A stretch of DNA of 64,000 bases from Candidatus Dormiibacterota bacterium (GTDB lineage Bacteria > Chloroflexota > Dormibacteria > Aeolococcales > Bog-877), in assembly GCA_963701235.1 (NCBI GenBank), contig OY969577.1, positions 2,217,951 through 2,281,950 of the forward strand, written 5' to 3'. A program made the position numbers and the translations under genes. This document shows positions 49,964-59,378 of this stretch, piece by piece. Under the pieces are notes generated by a model. That model did not search any database. It was given only the letters and a program-made list of their open reading frames with translations, and had not been told where the DNA came from. Numbering within the stretch: position 1 is the first letter of the stretch; the number at the start of each line of letters is the position of its first letter.

Positions 49964-51763
49964 TCAGTCGGCCCGGCCGCGCCGGGTCAAGAATCCCCGG
50001 CGCCTGGCGCCGACGACCACACCGACCCCTCCCAGGCCAAGCAGGGCAAGGGCCGCCGGCAGGATTGGGCCGCCGCCCGCCACCGGATCCGCTGCAGCAC
50101 GGGTCAGAGCTGCGGCGCCGGGGAACGCTGGCCCGCCGACCACCGGAGCGAAGCAGAGGATGGGCAGGTGCCGCGTGCCGGTGGTGGGACTCGGCGTCGC
50201 TGCCGCGGGGGCGCTGGTAACCACTGGAACCGGTGAATCAGCAGTCGCCACTCCGGGCGGAGTGTCGATCGGGGTCGGCACGGCTGTGGCCGGGCCGCCG
50301 GAGGAGCCCCCGATATCGCCAATGCCAGCGCCACAGCAGAAACTTGGCGATGGATCAGGGGTAGTAGTGCTGGTCCCCGCCGGTGGCAACGTCCCCTTGG
50401 AAGGGGTGGTCGCCGACGTGGGCGACGCAGTCACCGTCGGCGTGGCGGCTGAGCCCGCGACCGAACCGGCCCCCGATCGACCGGAGCTGGCCTCGGCCGA
50501 CGGGCTGCTAGAGGGAGCGGGCTGGTTAGGTGGCACCGAAATCGGGCCAGGGTCCAACGGAAGCAACGGGAGGGGACTGCACGCGGGTGAGGGCGCCGGG
50601 GTCGGCGACGGGTTGGGAGTCGGAGTGGGAGTCGGAGTTGCAGTGGCCGCCACCTGGGCGATCACCAGACCTGAGGGCTGAGCACCTGCGGGGAGAGCTA
50701 CTGGGCTGGCCAGGGTCGAACTGGTGAGGTCCACCGCTACCACCTCGGGGGTGTTGGTCGAGGTCGTGCCGTCCAGGTAGGCGGTGCCGCCATCAGGGGT
50801 GATCGCAACTCCGCCCGGGGCGAACCCGAGCGGCAGACCGCTGGGAGCCGCCGGGCTCGACGATGGGGCGTCAAAGTAAGCCATGCCCAGGACGTAGAGC
50901 GACTCGCCTGCGCCGTCGGGCAGGTAGATGGCGCTCCCGTCGGGAGTTACAGCCAGGTTGGGCGGCTGGCCCTGGGTTGGGAGGGCGACGCCCGCTCCGA
51001 CGACACCTGCAGCCAGGCCGATCGCTGTGACAGTTGGCCCGGTACTAGCGTCCGTGAATACGTAGAGGGAATGGCCATCAGGCGAGGCGACCATGGCTCC
51101 GGGTGCAGCCAGGGGGATGGTTGTGGCGTTCACGGTATTGCTGGCGGTGGCGATCACGCTGATATCGGAAGGCTGGCTTCCCCCGTCCACGAACAAGGTG
51201 GCACCATCGGGGGACAGCGCCAGATTCACGGGCGCAGCAATTGCGATCGGCGAACCAACCAGCGAGTTAGAGCTGGTGTCGACCTCGACCACCTGATTTG
51301 CTCCGGTCTCCGCGACATAGAGGTCGCTGCCCTTTGGCGTGACGACCATCTGCCCTGGGGCGGTGGTCGAGCCAAGGTCGAGTGGGACGCCCACGTAGCT
51401 GTCCGAGGCGGTGCTGATGGTGCCGAGCATGCCGTCCTTGAAGGCAACGTACACGCGGGAGCCATCAGGACTGACAGCCAGGCTCGCGACCCCGCCCGCG
51501 GTCGGGGGAGGGATGGCCGCGGCGGTGGTAGAACCGGGGGCGATGACAAACACGGTGCCGCTCGAGCCGTCGCCAACCAGTACTTGGTAGCCGGAGTCGG
51601 TGGCAGCTCGGGCTGCCAATGCGCTCCCAGCCACGGTACCAAGAACCGCGATCGCTCCCGCGGCGCCGATGCGAACGACGAGCCGACGCAAGTCTGCCAG
51701 CCGCACCGTGCCGAAGAAGCGTGACGTCGTGGGTCGGGGGCTTGGTCGTCTGCTAGCTTCCAT
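49964..51763 (-). CDS. secreted YVTN-family beta-propeller repeat protein with Pro/Thr-rich linker and C-terminal membrane anchor
   Basis: Signal peptide; at least 5 repeats of the (V/L)A(V/L)(S/T)PDG..(L/Y)(Y/F)V type; TPTPTPTPNPSPTPAPSP linker; C-terminal hydrophobic helix plus RRRG tail. Confidence 0.65.
   Translation of the reverse strand: MEASRRPSPRPTTSRFFGTVRLADLRRLVVRIGAAGAIAVLGTVAGSALAARAATDSGYQVLVGDGSSGTVFVIAPGSTTAAAIPPPTAGGVASLAVSPDGSRVYVAFKDGMLGTISTASDSYVGVPLDLGSTTAPGQMVVTPKGSDLYVAETGANQVVEVDTSSNSLVGSPIAIAAPVNLALSPDGATLFVDGGSQPSDISVIATASNTVNATTIPLAAPGAMVASPDGHSLYVFTDASTGPTVTAIGLAAGVVGAGVALPTQGQPPNLAVTPDGSAIYLPDGAGESLYVLGMAYFDAPSSSPAAPSGLPLGFAPGGVAITPDGGTAYLDGTTSTNTPEVVAVDLTSSTLASPVALPAGAQPSGLVIAQVAATATPTPTPTPNPSPTPAPSPACSPLPLLPLDPGPISVPPNQPAPSSSPSAEASSGRSGAGSVAGSAATPTVTASPTSATTPSKGTLPPAGTSTTTPDPSPSFCCGAGIGDIGGSSGGPATAVPTPIDTPPGVATADSPVPVVTSAPAAATPSPTTGTRHLPILCFAPVVGGPAFPGAAALTRAAADPVAGGGPILPAALALLGLGGVGVVVGARRRGFLTRRGRAD
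50611..50650. repeat. short tandem GGAGTCGGAGT-type repeat encoding the PT-rich linker
   Basis: Seen in sequence (gggagtcggagtgggagtcggagtt). Confidence 0.4.
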
Positions 51764-51863
51764 ATCGGACCTAGAGACGCGAGAGGTCCTGGTTTGGTTC
51801 CATCCCTGGAACCCGCAGCACCCCACGGCTGGTGAATGAGCGAGCTAGGCCGAAGTCAACTGC

Positions 51864-52427
51864 TCAGCCAAGGGCTTGGTCTAGCGGCGGATCGCCACTC
51901 GGCGGATTGAACATCTCGTTCACCAGAAACCTGGTGCGCGGCAACAACATCTCGGGCGGATACATGCGCTCTACGACCGCCAGGACCTCCTTCGGAGTGG
52001 AGAGCCCAAGGATCGCCGCGAGGCGTGTTACGTCCTCGCGATCCTGCTCCGGTCGGGCTGCCAGAAGCTTCATGCCTAGGAGGTGCTCCGCCGAAGCTGC
52101 GGTGACTCTGAGTCCAGGGACATCCAGTACCGGTAGCGCCCGTGGGTTGGCACCCGGGACGTAACTCTTAGCCGCATCGTTGAGCCATCCCCGAGGTAGG
52201 CCCAGTTCTTCAACCATCTCGGCTGCCACTTGATAGATGGCACCCGTTGGGGCGAAGACCGCATCGATGTCCTTGGTGAAGCGCGCCGAATGGTAGGCCA
52301 GCACCATAGCCGCGCCGCCCACCAGGTACACCTCGCCCACCAGCCCGCGAGCGGCAAGGCGCCCGCCCAAGACAGTGAGCGCTTTGACGGCAGACTCGCG
52401 ATCGAAGAAGGGGTCCGCATCGGCCAT
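51864..52427 (-). CDS. minimal nucleotidyltransferase-fold protein (MenT/AbiEii/DUF6036-like), putative toxin
   Basis: Pol-beta NTase signature G-G-x13-D-I-D (LVGGAAMVLAYHSARFTKDIDAVF); overlaps the upstream HTH gene. Confidence 0.5.
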   Translation of the reverse strand: MADADPFFDRESAVKALTVLGGRLAARGLVGEVYLVGGAAMVLAYHSARFTKDIDAVFAPTGAIYQVAAEMVEELGLPRGWLNDAAKSYVPGANPRALPVLDVPGLRVTAASAEHLLGMKLLAARPEQDREDVTRLAAILGLSTPKEVLAVVERMYPPEMLLPRTRFLVNEMFNPPSGDPPLDQALG

Positions 52428-52993
52428 TACAGACGCTCCAGAGCCCCGGCGGTGAGAAAAATTCCCCGCCTTGCGAACGACGGTGGGCTCTCTCGCAGAC
52501 TGGTGGGGATCCAGGCCGGACTCTCAGCGACGAACCACCAGGGTCGAGCAACCCGTGTCGAGTCCTCGGTCCATCCTGGCACAGCGATTTGTCGACGCAG
52601 AGCAAGATGCTCCGCAAGAGCTGCGATCACTGAGTCGACCCGGGAATCGCCGGTGCGGGCCGGAACGTCCGCGATAGCGAGAGCAGTCTCCGAGGCACTC
52701 CCGAGGTTCTCATCGTCGATTACCTCGGCCGCCAACCGCCAGGCCGCCAGGCTGCCCTGGGAGGCAAGCGCCACCGCCATAACCGGGGCGAGGGCGGCCA
52801 ATGAGGGCCACCGCCGAGACGCCGGGAGACACGCGCGGATCAGCCGGTTGTAAGTGGCCACGTTCGGGGCGAGCGATCCGGACTCGTATCGGCTCAGCGT
52901 CGCCGAGGATGTCCCAGCTCGGCGGGCAACCTCGCGTTGCGAGAGGTCGGCCCTCCGCCTGACAAACCGTAGTTGAGATGCCGCATCAATCAT
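52427..52993 (-). CDS. XRE-family HTH protein with uncharacterised C-terminal domain, putative antitoxin/regulator
   Basis: LSQREVARRAGTSSATLSRYESGS is a classic HTH_3 motif. Confidence 0.55.
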   Translation of the reverse strand: MIDAASQLRFVRRRADLSQREVARRAGTSSATLSRYESGSLAPNVATYNRLIRACLPASRRWPSLAALAPVMAVALASQGSLAAWRLAAEVIDDENLGSASETALAIADVPARTGDSRVDSVIAALAEHLALRRQIAVPGWTEDSTRVARPWWFVAESPAWIPTSLRESPPSFARRGIFLTAGALERL

Positions 52994-53011
52994 GCTATCA
53001 AATATGATAGC
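52994..53011. promoter_or_regulatory. inverted-repeat operator GCTATCA-aata-TGATAGC abutting the HTH gene start codon
   Basis: Perfect 7-bp arms, 4-bp spacer, in an AT-rich patch directly 5' of the ATG. Confidence 0.5.
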
Positions 53012-53183
53012 ACTGGGCCTAATCTCTGGTCTAAACGACCTCTGGAGCGGCTCCAGTGTTCAGGCGCGGGCTTCGGCCGCCTGATCGAGAGTTGCCTAGG
53101 ATGTGCAGATAGGGGCAGGCTGGGCAGGGCCTCCTTCGGGATGTTCGGCGTCGATGGTGACAGCGACGCGCGGCCGCTCGGCT

Positions 53184-54251
53184 TCACTCATATGCAGTCA
53201 CCTTGGAGGCGCGCTCCAGCGCGCAGGGCTGGTAGCCTCGCTCGCCCGCCAGCGCGCCTGCCAGCAGCTGGAACGGAACCACACTTACCGCTGGTGACAG
53301 CATTCGCTGCACCTGACCCGTACCCAGCCGGTAGGCCGAACTGGGACCCGATCCCTCCATGCTGATGACCAGGACCGCAGTTCCGTCTTCGCTCAGCTGC
53401 TGGGCCAGGCGCTGGTCGTGCTCCGATGTCACGGCCTCGGTGGCGACGATGGCAACCGCTGTCTGGGGGCCCGCTAGCTCCAGCGGGCCGTGCCGGAACT
53501 GAGCGGTTTGCAGGGACTCGGCGGGGAACCGGGCAGCCTCCTTGAGTAGCAGCGAACCCATCTCGGTAGCCGCCCGGTCCGAGCCCCGACCTAAGAGTGC
53601 CAAGACCGAGTGGTCGCCCAACCAGGACCTCAGCTCCGCGGTCAGCTGGGGATGGCTGGACAGGAGCGCCTCGGCGGCACTAGACGCCTGATCGGTCGAT
53701 TTGCGGGTGCTCTCGACCGCACTCTCAACTGTTTCGCCGGCCAGAACCAGGGTCAAGGCCGACAGGACGACCAGTGCGTTACCGAAGGTCAGCGTCGAGG
53801 GGCCGAGTTCATCGCCAGCGCGCGTGTCGAATGCTAGGTCGGCGTCCGCGGCCAGCCGATTGTCCAGCCCGTTGGTTACGGAGACAACCAGCGGACCCGT
53901 CGGTTGCGATCGCAGGGTGCGAACCAGCCGAACCACCTCGGCGCTCTCGCCGGACTGACTCACCGCGACCAGGAGGGTGTTGGGCAGCAGGGTCGGTCGG
54001 CGAAAGTCGACCAGCTCGGCGGCGTCCGCCATCGACACCTGGAGGCCCCTACCGGCCAGCTCGGTCACGGGCGCGTGGCACACCGCGTAGGAGCCACCCA
54101 TTCCGGTACAGACGATCGGTCCGGAGCCAGCGCGCTCTGCCAGTTGCTTCAGGACCCCGAGCTGGTCGCCCAGACCAATGGCCGCCCGACGCAAGGCCTG
54201 GGGCTGGCCCTTGAGCTCAGCCAGGTAGCGGTCAGAAAAGGTGCCTATCAA
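53184..54251 (-). CDS. SIS-domain (two SIS domains, GlmS/AgaS-like) sugar-phosphate isomerase/aminotransferase-like protein
   Basis: VCTGMGGSYAVCH...VAVSQSGESAEVV and a second SIS segment. Confidence 0.65.
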   Translation of the reverse strand: MIGTFSDRYLAELKGQPQALRRAAIGLGDQLGVLKQLAERAGSGPIVCTGMGGSYAVCHAPVTELAGRGLQVSMADAAELVDFRRPTLLPNTLLVAVSQSGESAEVVRLVRTLRSQPTGPLVVSVTNGLDNRLAADADLAFDTRAGDELGPSTLTFGNALVVLSALTLVLAGETVESAVESTRKSTDQASSAAEALLSSHPQLTAELRSWLGDHSVLALLGRGSDRAATEMGSLLLKEAARFPAESLQTAQFRHGPLELAGPQTAVAIVATEAVTSEHDQRLAQQLSEDGTAVLVISMEGSGPSSAYRLGTGQVQRMLSPAVSVVPFQLLAGALAGERGYQPCALERASKVTAYE

Positions 54252-54399
54252 ATCGCTGGCACTATACCGTCGACCATCTGACCTCCAGGAAGCTCGACGA
54301 GTTGTCCCGGCGCCGTCTACCTCACCTCTCGCGGAGCCTTTGCGTGTTGATTGTGACCCTGGAACATCCGTACGGCGTGGTGGTACGGTAGCGGGGGCG

Positions 54400-57300
54400 A
54401 TGAGGGAATTCCATCCGGCCGTAGAGACCTGGTTTCAACGCCGGTTTGTGGAGGGGCCAACTCCGGCGCAGGCTTCCGGCTGGCCCCACATAGCTGCCGG
54501 CGAGCACACCCTGATCGCGGCTCCCACCGGCTCGGGTAAGACCCTGGCTGGATTCCTCATCGCCATCGACGGCTTGTACCGAGCCGCGGAGCGGGGCGAG
54601 GATCTCACCGGCACCCAGGTCGTCTACGTCTCCCCGCTCAAGGCGCTGGCGGTCGACATCCACCAGAACCTGGAGATACCGCTCCGTGAAATTGCCGCGA
54701 TCTCGGGAGAAATGGGGATCGAGCCGCCCCGCCTCACCACCCAGGTGCGCACCGGCGACACCCCAGCCTCGGCACGGGTCGCCATGCTCAAGCAACCGCC
54801 AAACCTCCTGGTGACCACCCCGGAATCCCTTTACCTGCTACTGACCGCCGAGCGCTCACGACAGATGCTGCGCGGGGTTCGCACGGTCATCGTCGACGAG
54901 ATTCATGCCCTGGCCCGGGACAAGCGCGGTGCCCACCTGACCCTGACCCTGGAACGGCTGGAGCACGTCTGCGCCGGGAGCCCGCAGCGGATCGGGCTCT
55001 CCGCCACCCAACACCCGATCGAGACCATTGCCCGCCTTCTGGTCGGAGCCGGGCCGGAACGGGATGGCCCCGAGGGGACGCCCCACTGTGCCGTGGTGGA
55101 CGTGGGGCACCAGCGACAGCTGGATCTCAGCATTGAGCTGCCGGAAGAGGAACTCAGCGCGGTCGCCTCCCAGGAGCAGATGGCCGACATGATCGAGCGG
55201 ATCGCCGGCCACGTGGTCACGCACCACACCACCCTGATCTTCGTCAATACCCGGCGGATGTCCGAACGAGTTGCTCACCAGCTGGCGGAGCGCCTCGGCG
55301 ATAGCGCCGTCGCCGCCCACCACGGCAGTCTTTCCAAGGAGCGCCGCGCCACCGTCGAGAACAAGCTGCGTGCAGGCGAGCTGAAAGCATTGGTGGCCAC
55401 CGCGTCCCTGGAGCTCGGCATCGACATCGGACCGGTGGATCTGGTCTGCCAGCTGGCCTCGCCCCGGAGTCTGGCCACCTTCCTGCAGCGGGTAGGGCGT
55501 TCGGGACACTCCCGAGGCGGCACGCCCAAGGCCTATCTCTATCCCACCACCAGAGACGAGCTGGTTGAATGCTGCGCACTCCTGGCCGGGGTGCGGGCCG
55601 GCCGCCTGGACGCGGTCCGCCCGCCCATCGCGCCGCTGGACATCCTGGCCCAACAGATCGTCGCCGAGTGCGCGGCGGAGAGTTGGGCCGAGGACGACCT
55701 GTTCGGCCTGGTGCGAAAAGCCGCGCCCTTCTCAGAGCTGCCTCGGGCTCAGTTCGACGAGATCGTCGAGCTGCTCGCGGACGGCGTCCCCACCGGGCGC
55801 GGGCGGCCGGGAGCCTATCTGCACCGGGACCGCGTCAACCACCAGCTCCGGGGTCGGCGAGGTGCCCGACTGGCGGCGCTGACGTCGGGCGGCGCCATAC
55901 CCGAGAGCGGGGACTACCGGGTTCTAGCGGCCCCCGATGACTCCCTGGTCGGTACCGTCAATGAGGACTGGGCCATCGAGTCCATGGCGGGCGACATCTT
56001 CCTGCTGGGCAGCACCTCTTGGCGCATCACCCAAGTGGCCAATGGCACAGTGCGGGTGGTGGACGCCCAGGGAGCGCCGCCGTCGGTGCCGTTCTGGTTG
56101 GGGGAGGCTCCGGGCCGCACCAGAGAACTCTCGGAGGAAGTGTCCGACCTTCGTTCCCGCATTGAGGGAATGCTGGAGGAGGGCAACGCCGACGGAGCGG
56201 TTGCGTTCGTGCAGAGCCAGTGTGGGGTCGATAACGAAGCGGCGGCGCTGACCGTCCAGTACCTGGCCGCGGGACGCAGTGCCCTGGGGCATCTGCCCAC
56301 CAGAAACCACATCATTCTCGAGCGTTTCTTCGATGAGTCGGGAGGCATGCAGGTGGTGGTGCATGCTCCCTTCGGAGCGCGACTCAATCGTGCCTTGGGC
56401 TTGTCGCTGCGCAAGCGCTTCTGCGCAACTTTCGATTTCGAGCTTCAGGCAGCCGCCAGCGATGACGCGGTGCTGCTGTCGCTAGGCCCGCAGCACAGCT
56501 TCCCCCTCGCCGATGTGCCACGGTTTCTGTCATCCCGATCGGTCGAAGACGTTCTGACCAAGGCGGCGCTGCTGGCGCCGATGTTTGCCGTGCGTTGGCG
56601 CTGGAACCTCAACCGATCACTGCTGGTGCTTCGATTCAAGGGGGGACGCCGGAATCCCCCGCCGATTCAGCGAATGGAGGCGGACGACATCATGGCGGCC
56701 GTGTTTCCGGCGTTGGTGGCGTGTCAGAACGAAAACCCAACCGGTCCCATCCAGATTCCTGACCATCCCCTGGTGCGGCAGACCATGTTCGACTGTCTGC
56801 ACGAGGTCATGGACGTAGATGGGCTACGCGAGTTGGTGGAATCCATTGAGGGTGGCAAGGTCCGAGTAACCTGCCGCGACACCAGCGAACCATCGGTTCT
56901 GGCCCACGAAATCATCAACGGTCACCCCTACACATTTCTCGATGACGCGCCCTTAGAGGAGCGGCGCAGCCGCGCGGTCTCACTCCGACGTGGACTGCCG
57001 GTGGACCCGCACGACCTGGCGGCGCTCGATCCTGAGTCCATCGCACGGGTGCGCGAGGAGGCAGCAGCGGATCCTCGGGACCCCGACGAGCTCCACGACC
57101 TGCTGCTGTCCTTGGTGGTGAGCCGGCCCGAGCCCTCCTGGCAAGAGTGGTTCGCCACTCTGGTGGAAGCGGGCCGCGCCACCAGCGTGCTCAGTCCCGC
57201 TGGACCCCTGTGGTGCGCAGTCGAGCAACGGGAGCGGGTCGGATTGCTTCTGCCCGGAGTCAGCTTCCGGCCAGATGCTCGACCCCCCGAGGAGTCGTTC

Positions 57301-58662
57301 GAGCATGAGGTGGTGGACCAAGATTCGATCGCCGCCGACGTCCTCCGTGGTCACCTCGACCTGGTCGGCCCCGTGACCACCGAGGAGATCGTTGGCCGGA
57401 CGACACTGGACGCGGTCCTGGTCCGGATCGCCCTGGCTCGCCTGGAGGGCGAGGGTTTCGCGATCCGGGGCAGCTTCGATCCCTCGATAGCGGGCGAGCA
57501 ATGGTGCTCCCGCCGCCTCCTGGTGCGCATCCACGGCTACACCCAACAGCGACTTCGGCGCGAGATTGAGCCGGTCTCGGCGCAGGACTTCATGCGCTTT
57601 CTCCTGCAATGGCAGCGGGTGGCCCCGGAGACCCAGCGTCAGGGGCGCGCCGGGGTGGCAGCCACGGTCGCGCAACTGCAGGGATTCGAGATCCCTGTGG
57701 CCAGCTGGGAACGAGAAATCCTGGCCCGGCGGGTGAAGGCATATCAACCCGGCTGGCTGGATGAGCTCTGCCTCTCCGGAGAGGTGGCCTGGGCCCGGCT
57801 ACGGGTGCGGGACGGCGGCGAGGGAGAGTCCGCCAGCCGCGGCAGCGGCTATCCCTCGCGAGTCACACCCATCACCATGGTGATGCGCGCCGACCTGCCC
57901 TGGTTGCTGCAGTCGGTGCGGGGCGATGAAGCTCCCGTGAGACCCGCGGGAGGAGTGAGCGGCGAGGTCGTCGCCGCCCTCCGGGAGCACGGTGCCCTCT
58001 TCAGCAGCGACATCGCCCACCTGACCCGTCGCCTACCGTCCGAGGTCGAGGCGGGGCTCTGGGATGGTGTGGCCCGAGGGCTGGTGACCGCCGACGGATT
58101 CTCCGCGGCCAGGACCCTCCTCCTGGGTTCCCGCCGCAGTGGCGATCATCTGCGCAGGCGCGGCATGCGGCGGGGCGCAACTGGCTTGCTTGGTGGCGAG
58201 GGACGCTGGGTCCTGGTACCGGACTTGGGGACGGTGGCCGATCGCGAGGAGCTGGCCGAGGCGGTCGCGGAGCAGCTCCTGGTGCGCTGGGGAGTGGTCT
58301 TCCACGACCTGCTGGCACGGGAGAACTTCAGCGTGCCGTGGCGAGATGTGATCTGGGCCCTGCGGCGAATGGAGGCCCGCGGCACCGCGCGCGGTGGCCG
58401 CTTCGTCAGCGGCTTCTCCGGGGAGCAGTACGCCCTTCCCGAAGCGATCGACCTGCTGCGGTCGGTGCGCCGGCGCGACTTGCCGGGCGAGATCGTCCGG
58501 CTGTCGGCAGCAGATCCACTCAATCTCGTCGGGTTCATCACACCCGGCGCCCGAGTTCCCGCCATTCACGCCAATTCGATCGTCCTTCGTGACGGCCTGG
58601 CGCTGGTCGGCGGTGAGCAGCACCCGACGCTGCCGGTGCAACGGGCGGAAGTGGGGCGATAG
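54400..58662 (+). CDS. lhr: Lhr-family large ATP-dependent DEAD/DEAH-box helicase
   Basis: Walker A AAPTGSGKT, DEIH box, motifs SAT and HHGSLS, about 1400 aa with the long Lhr C-terminal extension. Confidence 0.85.
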   Translation: MREFHPAVETWFQRRFVEGPTPAQASGWPHIAAGEHTLIAAPTGSGKTLAGFLIAIDGLYRAAERGEDLTGTQVVYVSPLKALAVDIHQNLEIPLREIAAISGEMGIEPPRLTTQVRTGDTPASARVAMLKQPPNLLVTTPESLYLLLTAERSRQMLRGVRTVIVDEIHALARDKRGAHLTLTLERLEHVCAGSPQRIGLSATQHPIETIARLLVGAGPERDGPEGTPHCAVVDVGHQRQLDLSIELPEEELSAVASQEQMADMIERIAGHVVTHHTTLIFVNTRRMSERVAHQLAERLGDSAVAAHHGSLSKERRATVENKLRAGELKALVATASLELGIDIGPVDLVCQLASPRSLATFLQRVGRSGHSRGGTPKAYLYPTTRDELVECCALLAGVRAGRLDAVRPPIAPLDILAQQIVAECAAESWAEDDLFGLVRKAAPFSELPRAQFDEIVELLADGVPTGRGRPGAYLHRDRVNHQLRGRRGARLAALTSGGAIPESGDYRVLAAPDDSLVGTVNEDWAIESMAGDIFLLGSTSWRITQVANGTVRVVDAQGAPPSVPFWLGEAPGRTRELSEEVSDLRSRIEGMLEEGNADGAVAFVQSQCGVDNEAAALTVQYLAAGRSALGHLPTRNHIILERFFDESGGMQVVVHAPFGARLNRALGLSLRKRFCATFDFELQAAASDDAVLLSLGPQHSFPLADVPRFLSSRSVEDVLTKAALLAPMFAVRWRWNLNRSLLVLRFKGGRRNPPPIQRMEADDIMAAVFPALVACQNENPTGPIQIPDHPLVRQTMFDCLHEVMDVDGLRELVESIEGGKVRVTCRDTSEPSVLAHEIINGHPYTFLDDAPLEERRSRAVSLRRGLPVDPHDLAALDPESIARVREEAAADPRDPDELHDLLLSLVVSRPEPSWQEWFATLVEAGRATSVLSPAGPLWCAVEQRERVGLLLPGVSFRPDARPPEESFEHEVVDQDSIAADVLRGHLDLVGPVTTEEIVGRTTLDAVLVRIALARLEGEGFAIRGSFDPSIAGEQWCSRRLLVRIHGYTQQRLRREIEPVSAQDFMRFLLQWQRVAPETQRQGRAGVAATVAQLQGFEIPVASWEREILARRVKAYQPGWLDELCLSGEVAWARLRVRDGGEGESASRGSGYPSRVTPITMVMRADLPWLLQSVRGDEAPVRPAGGVSGEVVAALREHGALFSSDIAHLTRRLPSEVEAGLWDGVARGLVTADGFSAARTLLLGSRRSGDHLRRRGMRRGATGLLGGEGRWVLVPDLGTVADREELAEAVAEQLLVRWGVVFHDLLARENFSVPWRDVIWALRRMEARGTARGGRFVSGFSGEQYALPEAIDLLRSVRRRDLPGEIVRLSAADPLNLVGFITPGARVPAIHANSIVLRDGLALVGGEQHPTLPVQRAEVGR

Positions 58663-58719
58663 CCAATCGTCGCCTCGCAGGCTATCCCCTTCAGATAGTG
58701 CCCTACGTGCTACCCTACA

Positions 58720-58950
58720 TTGATGAAGAAAACCAGCGTCTACCTGAGCGCCGACGAGGTCGCTCGACTCGCAAGCTTGGCTCGACGGGAGCAGACGTCC
58801 CAGGCAGAGGTTATCCGCCGCGCCATCAAGATCTACGAGCCCCAGCGGCCTGGGGACCGGAACTTGACACTCATCGGTATCGCCGAGGGCCCTGGAGATT
58901 CGGTAGCTGAACTGTCCGAGGACGAACTTCTCGCCGGTTTCGGCTCTTGA
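58720..58950 (+). CDS. vapB: ribbon-helix-helix (CopG-family) antitoxin VapB
   Basis: MMKKTSVYLSADEVARLASLARREQTSQAEVIRRAI RHH motif. Confidence 0.75.
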   Translation: MMKKTSVYLSADEVARLASLARREQTSQAEVIRRAIKIYEPQRPGDRNLTLIGIAEGPGDSVAELSEDELLAGFGS

Positions 58951-59378
58951 CCCTCGTTCTCGACACGGTGCCGCTGGTTGCCGTTGCCGACCGGCGAGAT
59001 CCGATGATGCCTCGGATCGAGGCGTTGTTGCGGGAGGAACCCGGGGAGCTCGTCATCCCGTCGGCCGTCTGCGCTGAGGTCGACTACCTTCTCGGACGCC
59101 GGCTTGGCCGTGCTGCCCGGTTGGCCTTTCTGGACGACTTGGCGGCCGGCCGATTCACTGTGGCCTGCCTGGAAGCGGAGGAATATGGTGTGGTCGCCTC
59201 TCTGGAGCGACGCTACGACGATCTCAACGTGGGCTTGGCGGACCTCAGTGTGGTCGTCGTGGCCGACCGCTTCGCGACGCACCGGATCCTAACCTTCGAC
59301 GAGCGACATTTCCGCGCTCTGCTGCCACTCAGCGGTGGTCGGTTCACTCTCCTTCCCTCGGATTCGGCAACAGCTTGA
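58947..59378 (+). CDS. vapC: PIN-domain ribonuclease toxin VapC
   Basis: LDTVPLVAV...D...E...D PIN acidic residues; TTG start overlaps vapB stop (cTTGAc). Confidence 0.7.
   Translation: MTLVLDTVPLVAVADRRDPMMPRIEALLREEPGELVIPSAVCAEVDYLLGRRLGRAARLAFLDDLAAGRFTVACLEAEEYGVVASLERRYDDLNVGLADLSVVVVADRFATHRILTFDERHFRALLPLSGGRFTLLPSDSATA

Noticed and set aside
50560-50660. Short tandem repeats (GGAGTCGGAGT) checked as possible CRISPR or VNTR
   Set aside because: Only about 2.5 units, inside a coding region, and they encode the Pro/Thr linker. No spacer-repeat architecture anywhere in the window.
49938-50681. 247-aa ORF antisense to the YVTN propeller gene, and similar long antisense or alternate-frame ORFs (6807-7862, 19110-19892, 28506-29495, 29775-30803, 41337-42278, 54856-55653, 56980-57747, 58033-58641)
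   Set aside because: All overlap well-supported genes on the other strand or frame and translate to low-complexity sequence.
53042-53056. Hairpin CTGGAGcggCTCCAG between the SIS gene and the HTH gene, considered as a terminator
   Set aside because: Plausible intrinsic terminator for the SIS gene, but it is short with no U-tract. Listed only as a note because the evidence is too thin to call.
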